DNA of 14,216 bases from Amoeboradix gromovi X-113 (taxonomy: Eukaryota > Fungi > Sanchytriomycota), in NCBI GenBank assembly GCA_018985225.1, contig JADGIF010000215.1:1-14216 (forward strand). The letters are read 5' to 3'. The position numbers and the translations under genes are program-made. Below the pieces are notes generated by a model. That model was not told the origin of the DNA and searched no databases. It saw only the letters and a program-made list of their open reading frames with translations. This document shows positions 1 through 8,957 of this stretch, piece by piece; the first letter of the stretch is position 1, and each line of letters starts with the position of its first letter.

Positions 1-23
1 TTAAATCCATAAAGTAATAAAGC

Positions 24-80
24 TGAAATAATGTTCCAAGTTGTTACAGAAAGTTAGTCCAGTTTTTATATTTGATGTCC
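24..80 (-). repeat. Dispersed repeat family B, copy 1 (inverted relative to 9519-9575)
   Basis: Reverse complement of 24-80 matches 9519-9575 at 49/57 nt by manual ungapped alignment. Confidence 0.8.
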
Positions 81-302
81 CATTTGTAATACATAGAGAC
101 CATATAGCAGCAAGGAACATATACTATGTATGTTCAATACCATCTAAGGTTAGTGGAAGCATGAGCGACTGCTGTAATAGAGCGGCTGGCATTCTCCTAA
201 ACAAATTATAATAGTAAAAGCAATTATGTTTCTTGTTGCTGAAGTTTGAGCGAAAAAAGAGAACTAAAAACGAGTTGTCGCATAGAGCATTGGTATTAGG
301 CT

Positions 303-926
303 ATGTTCCATTCTTTTTATAGAATGTCCCGTTTAAAACAGAGGATGATTCAAGAGTTTTGGGCAGCTGTTTTCAACAGTAAGAATGGGACAGTTCCCAA
401 GGATCAACATAAAAAGTGTAAACGGTTTGTAAACGAAATATACAAAACTTCTCCAGAAATACAATTCATGGTTCAGCAACTCAAACATAGAGGTTGCAAT
501 TTTAAAAAGAAGGATTTGAAATGTATCCCATGTACTGAGCAAATCACAGGTGGCTATCACCAGGAAGATGGGATAATGCTTTGTGAAAACAACATAAATA
601 AATCTTTATTACGGGATACAATACTGCATGAACTAGTACACTATTTTGATAATTGCGTATATGAAATGGAGAATTGGCAAAACTGTTATTTGCATGCTTG
701 TTCAGAGATTAGGGCTGCACATTTGAGTGGGGACTGCAGATGGTGGAATGAAATTAGAAGAGGTCACTTTGAATTCACAGGGCACTTGACTGATTGCGTC
801 AAAAGACGTGCAGCACTCTCGTTAAAAGGCAACCCTAACTGTAAGAAAGAACCTCGCCACTACATCGATGCAGTATTTGACGAATGTATTAAAAATTTAG
901 AGCCATTTGGGGAAGTTTACAGATAA
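303..926 (+). CDS. ATP23: Mitochondrial inner membrane protease/chaperone ATP23 (peptidase M76)
   Basis: 207-aa ORF with HEXXH (LHELVHYFD), ACSEIRAAHLSGDCRW and CVKRRAALS motifs typical of Atp23. No intron needed. Ends in TAA. Exact start Met uncertain. Confidence 0.95.
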   Translation: MFHSFYRMSRLKQRMIQEFWAAVFNSKNGTVPKDQHKKCKRFVNEIYKTSPEIQFMVQQLKHRGCNFKKKDLKCIPCTEQITGGYHQEDGIMLCENNINKSLLRDTILHELVHYFDNCVYEMENWQNCYLHACSEIRAAHLSGDCRWWNEIRRGHFEFTGHLTDCVKRRAALSLKGNPNCKKEPRHYIDAVFDECIKNLEPFGEVYR

Positions 927-1114
927 GGATCCCAATTAAGTAAATAATTTATACTAATTGCATGGATTTCGTTGCTGAAATAATCTTCACAAAAGTATTT
1001 ATTGAATAACAACATGTCAATCCGTTTTGGTATCTCTGACAAATGGTTCAAAACATCTCAGCCAGAATATGTCGAAGAAAAGGACTATACTAAGCATTGC
1101 GGAAATATACTATT

Positions 1115-1580
1115 TCACATTAAGTGTTGGATGGCATGAAGGAGATCCCATTGTTTACTCGAAATAGACTTGACAATCGGTACAAGTACAGCTCTCCTAA
1201 TTGGTTTCTTAAGATTCTCAAAGCTTGTATACGCATAATAAGTATTAAGATATCGCAATGTTGCACATGCGGTAAGAACGGTCACATACGAATTATTAAA
1301 TAAATGGTTTACGGCCTTATTTATCGTTGGTCTCTTTCTAGGCATTAAAAGACATATAATTGTTCCATGTTTGGACCAGTTCCTCAGCGTTGATGAATGT
1401 ATGCTTTACCTGTTAGTTATTTCTTTGGACTTGACATATTCGGGATTACATCCATTAATTCCGTTTGCCATTTGCGAAAAGGAAGAATATCGAGTGTTTA
1501 AGCTATTAGAAAAGTCTGGAAAACTCTTGAAATGATACAAAAATGTATACAAATTTGCGATAAATGATTTATTCAAGAAA
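1115..1580 (-). mobile_element. Decayed IS607-like element remnant, copy A (putative left end plus TnpA N-terminal HTH pseudogene)
   Basis: From ATG 1471 reads MANGINGCNPEYVKSKEITNR*SIHSSTLRNWSKHGTIICLLMPRKRPTINKAVNHLF, resembling the MerR-like HTH of IS607 serine transposases (…TLRxWxxxGxI…P.KR). In-frame TAA at 1406-1408. 1376-1580 is repeated at 9240-9434. Downstream boundary uncertain. Confidence 0.55.
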
Positions 1581-1641
1581 ATAGTCAAGCTGTCGCTGCA
1601 TGTCTCATATGATGAAGAGGAGAAAACATTTATCATTTGTT

Positions 1642-3341
1642 ATGTTTTCTCGTTTTTTATTTCAAAGAAGGTTATTGAGGTTTCAACATTTAAAAGACCC
1701 AACAAGACATAAGTTAAGCCTGAAAGGCTTGTTTGGTGGTTCCAGAACATATGGTACCAAGCAGTTTCCTTTACATGTAATTCAACAGGAACAACATTCC
1801 TGGAAATCTGTGTTTTTAAGCCTTACAAAATTCGGACTTAGTGCCTTTGTGGTAATAAGTCTAGCTGGTATTGTTTTGGAACAGTATGGTATGACCAAAC
1901 AGTTTGAATTCTCAATTAATGAAGCAGATGTTCCGGAAGAGAGGTTTTCCGATGTTCAAGGCTGTGAGGAAGCTAAAGAAGCATTGATGGAAATAGTTGA
2001 GTTTTTAAAAACGCCTGAAAAGTTTTCCGGCTTAGGCGCTAAGTTGCCTCGTGGTATTCTTCTTCAGGGTTCTCCGGGTACTGGAAAAACGTTATTAGCC
2101 AAAGCGTTGGCTGGCGAGAGCAATGTGCCCTTTTACTTCATGAGTGGCAGCGAGTTTGATGAGATATATGTTGGCGTTGGTGCTAAACGTGTTCGTGAAT
2201 TATTTAATACAGCCAAGAAATCAAGTCCTTCTATCATATTTATTGACGAACTGGATGCTGTTGGAGGGAAAAGGAACCCTAGAGATCAGTCTTACATGCG
2301 TCAAACTCTCAATCAACTGCTAGTTGAATTAGATGGGTTTGCTCCTTCTGATAATGTCGTTGTTATCGCGGCAACCAACAGTCCAGAAACTCTCGATAAG
2401 GCATTGCTACGTCCTGGTAGATTTGATAAGATAGTAGATGTGCCATTGCCGGATGTACGAGGGAGGGAATCAATTTTAAAGGTTCATGCCAAAAATATCA
2501 AATCTGAAGTTGGAATTAATTATAAAGTATTGGCAAAGACCACACCTGGTTTTTCCGGCGCAGATTTAATGAACATGACCAATCAAGCTGCCATAATTGC
2601 TGCTAGAAATCTGCAATCCTCGGTATCTCAACATGATTTTGAGTTAGCCAAGGATGAAATTATCATGGGGTCTGAGCGTAAGTCTTCTTATATATCACCG
2701 GAAAACAAAAGGCTCACGGCTTATCATGAAGCGGGTCACGCGATTGCTGCCTATTACACTTCTGGAGCTCTACCACTGCATAAAGCGTCTATTATCCCCC
2801 GTGGCCATAGTTTAGGTGTTACTGTCCAAGTACCCGATGAAGACAAGCTTAACTACACATAGAAGGAATATTTTGCAATGCTAGATGTCTGTTTTGGAGG
2901 TAGAATTGCGGAAGAAATAATTGCTGGCGACGAAAATGTTACGAGTGGGGCACATTCTGATTTTGAAAAGGCTACTAAAATAGCGAGGCAATTAGTCTTG
3001 CAATTGGGGATGTCAGGGGTAATTATTAGCTAATATAGGCTGGGTTAAACTATTATTCAGACGAGGATATGGGAAAATTGTCATCAAATACTAAAAATAA
3101 ACTGGAGTCAGAGATAGATGATATACTGAATACCTCATATATAAGAGTGCAAGGCATGTTAAATAAAAGAGTGAATGAACTACACGATCTTGCAAATGCG
3201 CTAATAGAGAGAGAGACGTTAACAAAAGATGAAATAATTGCAGTCTTAAAGGGGAAGAAGTTGATTTCTGTTGAGCCTAAACCAAAGGCAAACATTATAC
3301 CGACATTAATTGGGAGTTCTCCTACACTAATCACACAATAA
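1642..3341 (+). CDS. YME1: Mitochondrial i-AAA protease YME1 (FtsH family); exons 1642-3018 and 3039-3341; in-frame TAG at 2860-2862; ~559 aa
   Basis: Presequence-like [13 protein letters not shown], one TM segment, Walker A GSPGTGKT, Walker [26 protein letters not shown]. The same frame continues past the TAG as [18 protein letters not shown]…[13 protein letters not shown]…GMS. A 20-nt intron then joins it in frame to ORF 3069-3341. Start 1642 preferred over 1600 (inference). Confidence 0.93.
3019..3038 (+). other. Spliceosomal intron, 20 nt (YME1)
   Basis: GTAATTATTAGCTAATATAG. Removal gives GMSG|[13 protein letters not shown] and restores the frame. Contains branch-like GCTAAT and an in-frame TAA. 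Confidence 0.9.
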
Positions 3342-3765
3342 ATGATAGTATTTCAATTCTTATCTGTCTCATCATCTGAAGTGTATGGTAGCATAAAACA
3401 TATGCTTGGATTGCGTTCGTCCCTATGCAGTACTACCTCAAGGTAATGGAAGCGTTAGAAACAATTTTTAGCGCATTAAGTGTCATGCATAATTATTTGT
3501 CTAAGCATGAAAAGTGGTAAACAGTAAGAGTCTTAAGGTACCTCTTTAACTGCACACTCACATAGCGATTTTCACCAACTTATACTTGGGCCATTTTCGA
3601 AAAATCTCTCTTATTAGGAACCCATAGAGGCCAGTAGTTGCGTAGACGCAGGGTCCGTTTCTGGTCTACTAGCCCTGCTTCTTTGACAGACCGGAATAGC
3701 AACGTAGTTTTCTCTTGGTGCAGAGCATTTCCATTTTTACTTTTAAATCGGAAAAATCTTGAAAC

Positions 3766-3975
3766 ATGTCATTAAACTATCGTGAACAAATAATTAAAGA
3801 GCAAAAGTTCTGGCAGGCTACAGATTCCCATGGCCATCAAAGTCCAATGTGGCAGAGGAGACCAGCATCAAGATTATTAGTTAGAATGTACGGCTTAACA
3901 TTAGCTGGTGGACTTTTAGGAAGTGCATTCTTATTGCAAAAATGGATTAGAGGAAAGCATCTCGCACCACAATAA
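3766..3975 (+). CDS. COX7: Cytochrome c oxidase subunit VII (fungal Cox7/COX7A-like)
   Basis: 69 aa. Pattern IIKEQKFWQ…PMWQRRPASRLL + TM helix + IRG matches yeast Cox7 organisation. Confidence 0.8.
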   Translation: MSLNYREQIIKEQKFWQATDSHGHQSPMWQRRPASRLLVRMYGLTLAGGLLGSAFLLQKWIRGKHLAPQ

Positions 3976-4076
3976 TAAATTATTGCAATATATAAACTTT
4001 CTGCTTATAAAAGTATAAATTTATAACTAACATTTGAGAAATTCAATTTGCGATCCCATTTAACTCAAAATATTTA

Positions 4077-5887
4077 TTATTCCAAGTGTTCGATGCTTAA
4101 TTCAAATGCAGACATGACCACCGGGATTTTGAATGATTCCAATACTTGTGGATGCAATATTCCCAAAACACCTATTTTCACAACTTCATTCGATTTCCTA
4201 TAATCTACTAGTGGTCTAGTGATACTACTGAAGTCTGTTTTATTAGCTCTAGGCCTGTAATAAATTGCAGCTGCTCTTCCTGGAAAGAATGACGAGTGAT
4301 TTTCCTCTTTAATTGTGTACTCATGCTCCAATAAAGATTCAATCTCTATGTTCTCTCTATATAATACCTGCAATTGAGTCAATATCATGTTAACGGTACC
4401 ATGGATAGACTAAATTAATATCAAATTACTTCAAATCCACTCTGTTTGCCAGCATATATAGCAGCCAAGTTTCGTTGATTTCTAGCTTTTTTAGGCCCAT
4501 CATGTTGGTAAATAACGTCTCCCACTTCAAATACTTGCATTGGTAGTTTGTGGTGTAGATTCTCCGCTATAAATTTAATTAGTCCAGGAATTAGCATTGT
4601 GCGCATTTGCTGAAATTCTACTGAAGAGGGATTCTCTAGGATGACAGGTACTTTATCATCCAACTGAAATTCAGGATTATTAGACAGTTTGGTGAAATTT
4701 GTGATATTAGAAGAATACGCCAGTCTCATGAATTCATTTGCTTCGGCAAAACTAACTAAAGTCAATCCTAGAGACTCAGTATATCCCAGTTGTGCCATTT
4801 CTCGTCTTATCTTATCGCTTGTTGAATTGATGTGCTGTGGTTTAGCCACAGTCATAGAAAAATCTTCTCTTCTTGGTAATTTGTTAAAGCTATAGCCTAT
4901 GCCTACATCCTCAATAACATCCACCTTGTGCAGTATATCAGTCCGCTGTGGAGGCACGTGTACAATTACATTATCATTTGAAACTGTAGCCAATACATCC
5001 ATTTTGAGCAATAATGGTAGCACCTCTCTAGGCGTTAATTCGAGAGAAAGAAATGAATTGATTTCGTCAATGCTTAAATGCAGTTCTCTAGATGTTAAGT
5101 CCGGAGTAATCGTAGATTTAGACTTGTAATTTATGGCCACTGATTCAATTGAGAACGAATCAAATGACCAGAATTTGCAAGCAAAAACTAGAACATTTAG
5201 TGTAGTGTGTGCACGAAAAAGGTCTGTTGCAGTACACTCAATGAAAATATCCTTAGTTTTGTTTGGAACTACTTTCGTAAAATCACTATTAACTACAGGA
5301 GGTAGCGAAAGTACTTTGGAATCATCATATATCAACGGAAATGTTTCGTTCTTTGTAAGCAAAGGAACATATTTGCTAAAATGTTTGTCGTTTTTGTAGT
5401 ATTCTTCCACCTGGTCGCCGTGTAGGGTGGTAGATTGATTTAAAGGAACGAATTTTATATCAGTGGGCTTTTTACAGCTGTAGTAAACCTTGTTACCAAC
5501 CTTTTCTAGATCGTGAACCCCAATAGCCACCAATGTTCTGCGGCGGCAGACATTAAAATGCAGTTTCTCTTGAAGATCTAACAATGCCTGATAGTTTTCA
5601 TCATTTAAATTCAACCCTTTAACCACTGCACAAACAACGTATGGACGAAAAGAATTATCATCAACAGCTACAGTTATATTTGACGGTTTATCTAACTTGA
5701 TATATTTCACTGGCTTTGGGTCACGGTATTGCTGCAATCCATGGTACAGCGATTTTTCCGTTAACAAATCATATCTATTTGCAGGAATATCTATTTTGTC
5801 ACCTTCGTATTCAACACCATATTCAAAGCACAAGTTATCGAGGTCTGGAAGATCACTAAATACATCGCTAATTGGAAGACTCGGCAT
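4077..5887 (-). CDS. FRS1: Cytosolic phenylalanyl-tRNA synthetase beta subunit; exons 5887-4430 and 4409-4077; ~596 aa
   Basis: Motifs LCFEYG, IDIPANRYDLL, LQEKLH…CRRRTLVAIGVHDL, VLSLPP, IFIECTATD, RTDILH. Spliced junction SGFE|SIHG and C-terminal FFPGRAA…GVLGILHPQVL are eukaryotic PheRS-beta features. Confidence 0.96.
4410..4429 (-). other. Spliceosomal intron, 20 nt (FRS1)
   Basis: Minus strand GTAATTTGATATTAATTTAG. Removal restores the conserved SGFExIHG motif in frame with ORF 4077-4388. Confidence 0.93.
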
Positions 5888-5930
5888 ACAAAACTTGGAG
5901 ACGGGCTAAGAAACTTGGGGTCTTTTGTAA
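5888..5930. promoter_or_regulatory. 43-bp head-to-head intergenic region (putative bidirectional promoter)
   Basis: ATG of FRS1 (5887, minus) and ATG of the WD40 gene (5931, plus) are 43 nt apart. Confidence 0.55.
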
Positions 5931-6989
5931 ATGCAGGATGATTTTGACGATATGTTAGATATAGAGAAGAACATGAAAGAAATAGAGACTTTGGAAGACG
6001 AAGAGTATACAGAAAACCCTAACATGGGAATAGGATCAATGTATCATGGTAAACCAGTATATGCTGTACACTTCCACAACGATAAATTTTTCAGCGGCGG
6101 TGAAGACGAGAAAGTGGTAGCATGGAGGGACGACATTATTTGGGAAAGAGTATTTAAAGATAGTGTCGTAGAAATCAAATCAAGTGAAAGCAGGGTTGCT
6201 ATTGCATGTATGGATGGTGATATTCTAGTGATTGAGAACAAGAATGAGATCAAAGAGCTTTATTTAGTGGACGGACCCAATGAAATAATATGTATCTATT
6301 TTAAAAACAAGGTTCTTATGGCTGGATGTCAGGATGGCTTGATATGGGTTTGGAAAGACGATGTCGTACTAAATGTTCTTAGCGGCCACTCGGGCCCTGT
6401 TACCAAACTGGATACTAATGGCAACAATGTCGTGAGCTGTAGTGAAGATGCTACAATCATAATTTGGGATGCAGTTCAAAATGCTATAATACACAAATTA
6501 GACCATGGCCATTTTGCACACATAACTCCAATTGTTAGCCTTATTATGCTAAATGGCTGTATTACCGGTGACGCGAATGGTAAAATCGTATTAAGCAATA
6601 ATGGCAAGGTTTCTGTTACTGTTCACCATCATCAGGATTCTGTGGAATGTCTCGATAAATACGAGAGCTCAATGGTGGTATCTGCTGATGTCAGTGGCAA
6701 ACTAGTCATTTGGGATATTGTTACTCAATTAGCTCGAAGTTCTACTATTTTAGATACTGTTATAACTTGCATGCAGGTTGATGATCATTTTGTGTATGTT
6801 GGCTGCCAAGATGGAATAATACGCAAGTTTAATATCCTGACTGGTGAGCTAGTATTTGAATATCACGGGCATGCTGAACAAATATTATGCTTGCTAGTAA
6901 CTTGTGAGCATATAATATCAGGAAGCGATGACGGTAATTCGTTGATATTTCTTAAAGACCATTCGCAGTATGATTCTGAGGAGTTGTAA
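5931..6989 (+). CDS. WD40-repeat protein, SQT1/AAMP-like (uL16 chaperone)
   Basis: Acidic N-terminus, then WD repeats (HGKPVYAV…SGGEDE, GHSGPVT…SCSEDATIIIWD, HQDSVECL, GHAEQIL…SGSDDG…LIF). WD40 fold is clear; SQT1 orthology is by pattern only. Confidence 0.75.
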   Translation: MQDDFDDMLDIEKNMKEIETLEDEEYTENPNMGIGSMYHGKPVYAVHFHNDKFFSGGEDEKVVAWRDDIIWERVFKDSVVEIKSSESRVAIACMDGDILVIENKNEIKELYLVDGPNEIICIYFKNKVLMAGCQDGLIWVWKDDVVLNVLSGHSGPVTKLDTNGNNVVSCSEDATIIIWDAVQNAIIHKLDHGHFAHITPIVSLIMLNGCITGDANGKIVLSNNGKVSVTVHHHQDSVECLDKYESSMVVSADVSGKLVIWDIVTQLARSSTILDTVITCMQVDDHFVYVGCQDGIIRKFNILTGELVFEYHGHAEQILCLLVTCEHIISGSDDGNSLIFLKDHSQYDSEEL

Positions 6990-7046
6990 TAAACACAATC
7001 ATCTTACTTTAAGATAAAAAGAAGCGTTGTCCTACAATATGTTTTA

Positions 7047-8957
7047 TTAATCGGATGCTTGTTTCTCAACAATTTCTAGAAGTTTTGCCAATTTTCTGCT
7101 ACTATAATACTCTTTTCGTACAAATATAGGTGTCTTTCCATAGTCGCTCTTTATTGTTATCCAGCCTTGTTTGTACTCTTTCTTGCTGTATATATGAATC
7201 CAGGCTTCATTTGGCAGGTATAGCCTTCTCTCAAACTTATTTGCCTGCATTATTGGGGCTACGAGTATATTTGGACCGTATAAAAACTGATCTCGAATAT
7301 TCCACACCGGCTTCTCATTTGGATAATACAAGTACAATGCTCTAAATAGCCCTAGTCCATTTGCCTGATATTCCATCATTAGTTCATCTCGTATCTCTTT
7401 TAGTGCTGCATGCTTATCAATTGCCTGTTTAAAGTATTTGATGGTAGTATTACTAGAATAAACTTGTTTTTCAATCAATGGAGCAGTGGTGTCATGTGTT
7501 CTAATTATAGATTCAAATACATTAAATTCGCTCCATCGTATTAAAATGTCAACTGTTCGTTTAAATCCTAGGCTGACGCCTCCAATTCCCAAAGCTACAA
7601 CTGTTAAACCACCTACATCACTGTGCATCAGTCCAAACCCACTAATTGCTGCTTGTAAGTAGCCATTTAATACGCTTCTTAATCCATCGTACTTGCCATA
7701 AACGCTCATTTGATCACCGGACCAAAACAGATTGACAGCAGATTTCCCAACCAGTCCACTAGACCGCATGAATATTAGTTTATCTTTCGATATCCTCAGT
7801 TCTTTGTTTAATTGATTCCACTTATTTATGAATTCTATATGCGCTGTACTGTTTGTTGTCTCAAACGGCTGATATTCGCCAAAGTCACTCATAAACCCAT
7901 CCATTCCAGCTTTTATATACAGTTCTTCGATAATTAGCTCTTTAAACCACTTATATGCCTCGGCGTTTAACAAGTTAATCATACATGCAGAAATTCCAGG
8001 TCCTTGGTCAACATTGTAAAATCTTCCATTAAATTTTACAAGATAGTCATTTTCGACTGCCTGCTTAAAGTAAATTGAAGTAGAATTTATAATAAATGGA
8101 TTTATATATCCTAACACTTTAATATTTATATCGTGTAGCTTCTCAGTAAATTGTTTAACAGAAGGAGAATACAACTTGTTATTCGATTCCCATCGCCAAT
8201 TGACTCTCCAATGCGTTATTCCAGCAATTTTTTGAGGATTTATCCCACACCAATCCTCTATCCATACTGCTGATATCTTGACGTTATTACTTAGCAGCTT
8301 TCTTACAATTGGTTCTACACGGTCGGTTCCACCTGAAAGTCCTATAATAGCTCCATTTTGAGTCCATTTAGGCATGTCTATTGGTTGCCTGCCATAGAGC
8401 CTTGTAAACTGGCTAATATGGTCACGAAAATTATTGGCGTGGAATAAAGTGATAACAACAACGGGGCTATTAACTTTTAGTAAAATATAGGACTTAGCTC
8501 TAAAATCAAATTCAGCGTATTCTTTGTTTTCTACTGCTAAACCCATTCCACTTTTAGTTACAAAATGAGGTGAAATAATGTAAGAAGCACTCAATTCTTG
8601 CTTTCCGGTTCTTAATTCTAGTAGAAGTTTCACCAAACCCTGCCTACCAACTCCATCCTCCCGAGGGATATTTCTGAGCATTTTTCCCTTTAAATTCCAG
8701 TAGGTGAACTGTTCTCCTAGTCCAAAGATAAAATCTTCCGATGGACTAGGTATTTTAACCCATGTTTTTGTACCATTAGTACTAATGGTAATTCTGGTAT
8801 ATTCTTCTGTGTGAAGTTTCTCAATGACTGGGGTTACTGGGTATTTAGTATCATCGCACTTGAATTTATAAAAGCCAGTTTTGTCTGTAATTTCATCTAG
8901 ACCATTACCTTGATAGAACTTCCAGTTACTGAATCCAAATATGAGCAGTGCAAACAT
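7047..8957 (-). CDS. GH31 glycosidase, YihQ/sulfoquinovosidase-like, with short hydrophobic N-terminus; 636 aa
   Basis: FGLGEQFT, PKWTQNGAIIGLSGG, VWIEDWCG, RVNWRW, GYINPF, nucleophile MSDFGEY, acid/base WSGDQ, HSDVGG, RTH, QFLYG…LVAP. First ATG is at 8957 (the track's 8960 start is TTG). Confidence 0.88.
   Translation of the reverse strand: MFALLIFGFSNWKFYQGNGLDEITDKTGFYKFKCDDTKYPVTPVIEKLHTEEYTRITISTNGTKTWVKIPSPSEDFIFGLGEQFTYWNLKGKMLRNIPREDGVGRQGLVKLLLELRTGKQELSASYIISPHFVTKSGMGLAVENKEYAEFDFRAKSYILLKVNSPVVVITLFHANNFRDHISQFTRLYGRQPIDMPKWTQNGAIIGLSGGTDRVEPIVRKLLSNNVKISAVWIEDWCGINPQKIAGITHWRVNWRWESNNKLYSPSVKQFTEKLHDINIKVLGYINPFIINSTSIYFKQAVENDYLVKFNGRFYNVDQGPGISACMINLLNAEAYKWFKELIIEELYIKAGMDGFMSDFGEYQPFETTNSTAHIEFINKWNQLNKELRISKDKLIFMRSSGLVGKSAVNLFWSGDQMSVYGKYDGLRSVLNGYLQAAISGFGLMHSDVGGLTVVALGIGGVSLGFKRTVDILIRWSEFNVFESIIRTHDTTAPLIEKQVYSSNTTIKYFKQAIDKHAALKEIRDELMMEYQANGLGLFRALYLYYPNEKPVWNIRDQFLYGPNILVAPIMQANKFERRLYLPNEAWIHIYSKKEYKQGWITIKSDYGKTPIFVRKEYYSSRKLAKLLEIVEKQASD

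Noticed and set aside
1-120. 39-codon minus-strand ORF MFLAAIWSLCITNGTSNIKTGL…
   Set aside because: Short, overlaps repeat family B whose other copy has stops in this frame, and shows no recognisable homology.
1014-1139. Plus-strand 41-codon ORF containing VEEKDYTKHCGN, loosely like the TnpB/Fanzor V-x-E-x-Y-T-S-K-x-C motif
   Set aside because: Wrong spacing, no second CxxC or RuvC-III motif, and opposite strand to the TnpA-like remnant; probably chance.
4689-5909. Run of plus-strand ORFs (4689-4895, 4899-5129, 5133-5399, 5697-5909)
   Set aside because: Antisense shadows of the FRS1 coding frame with no recognisable protein features.
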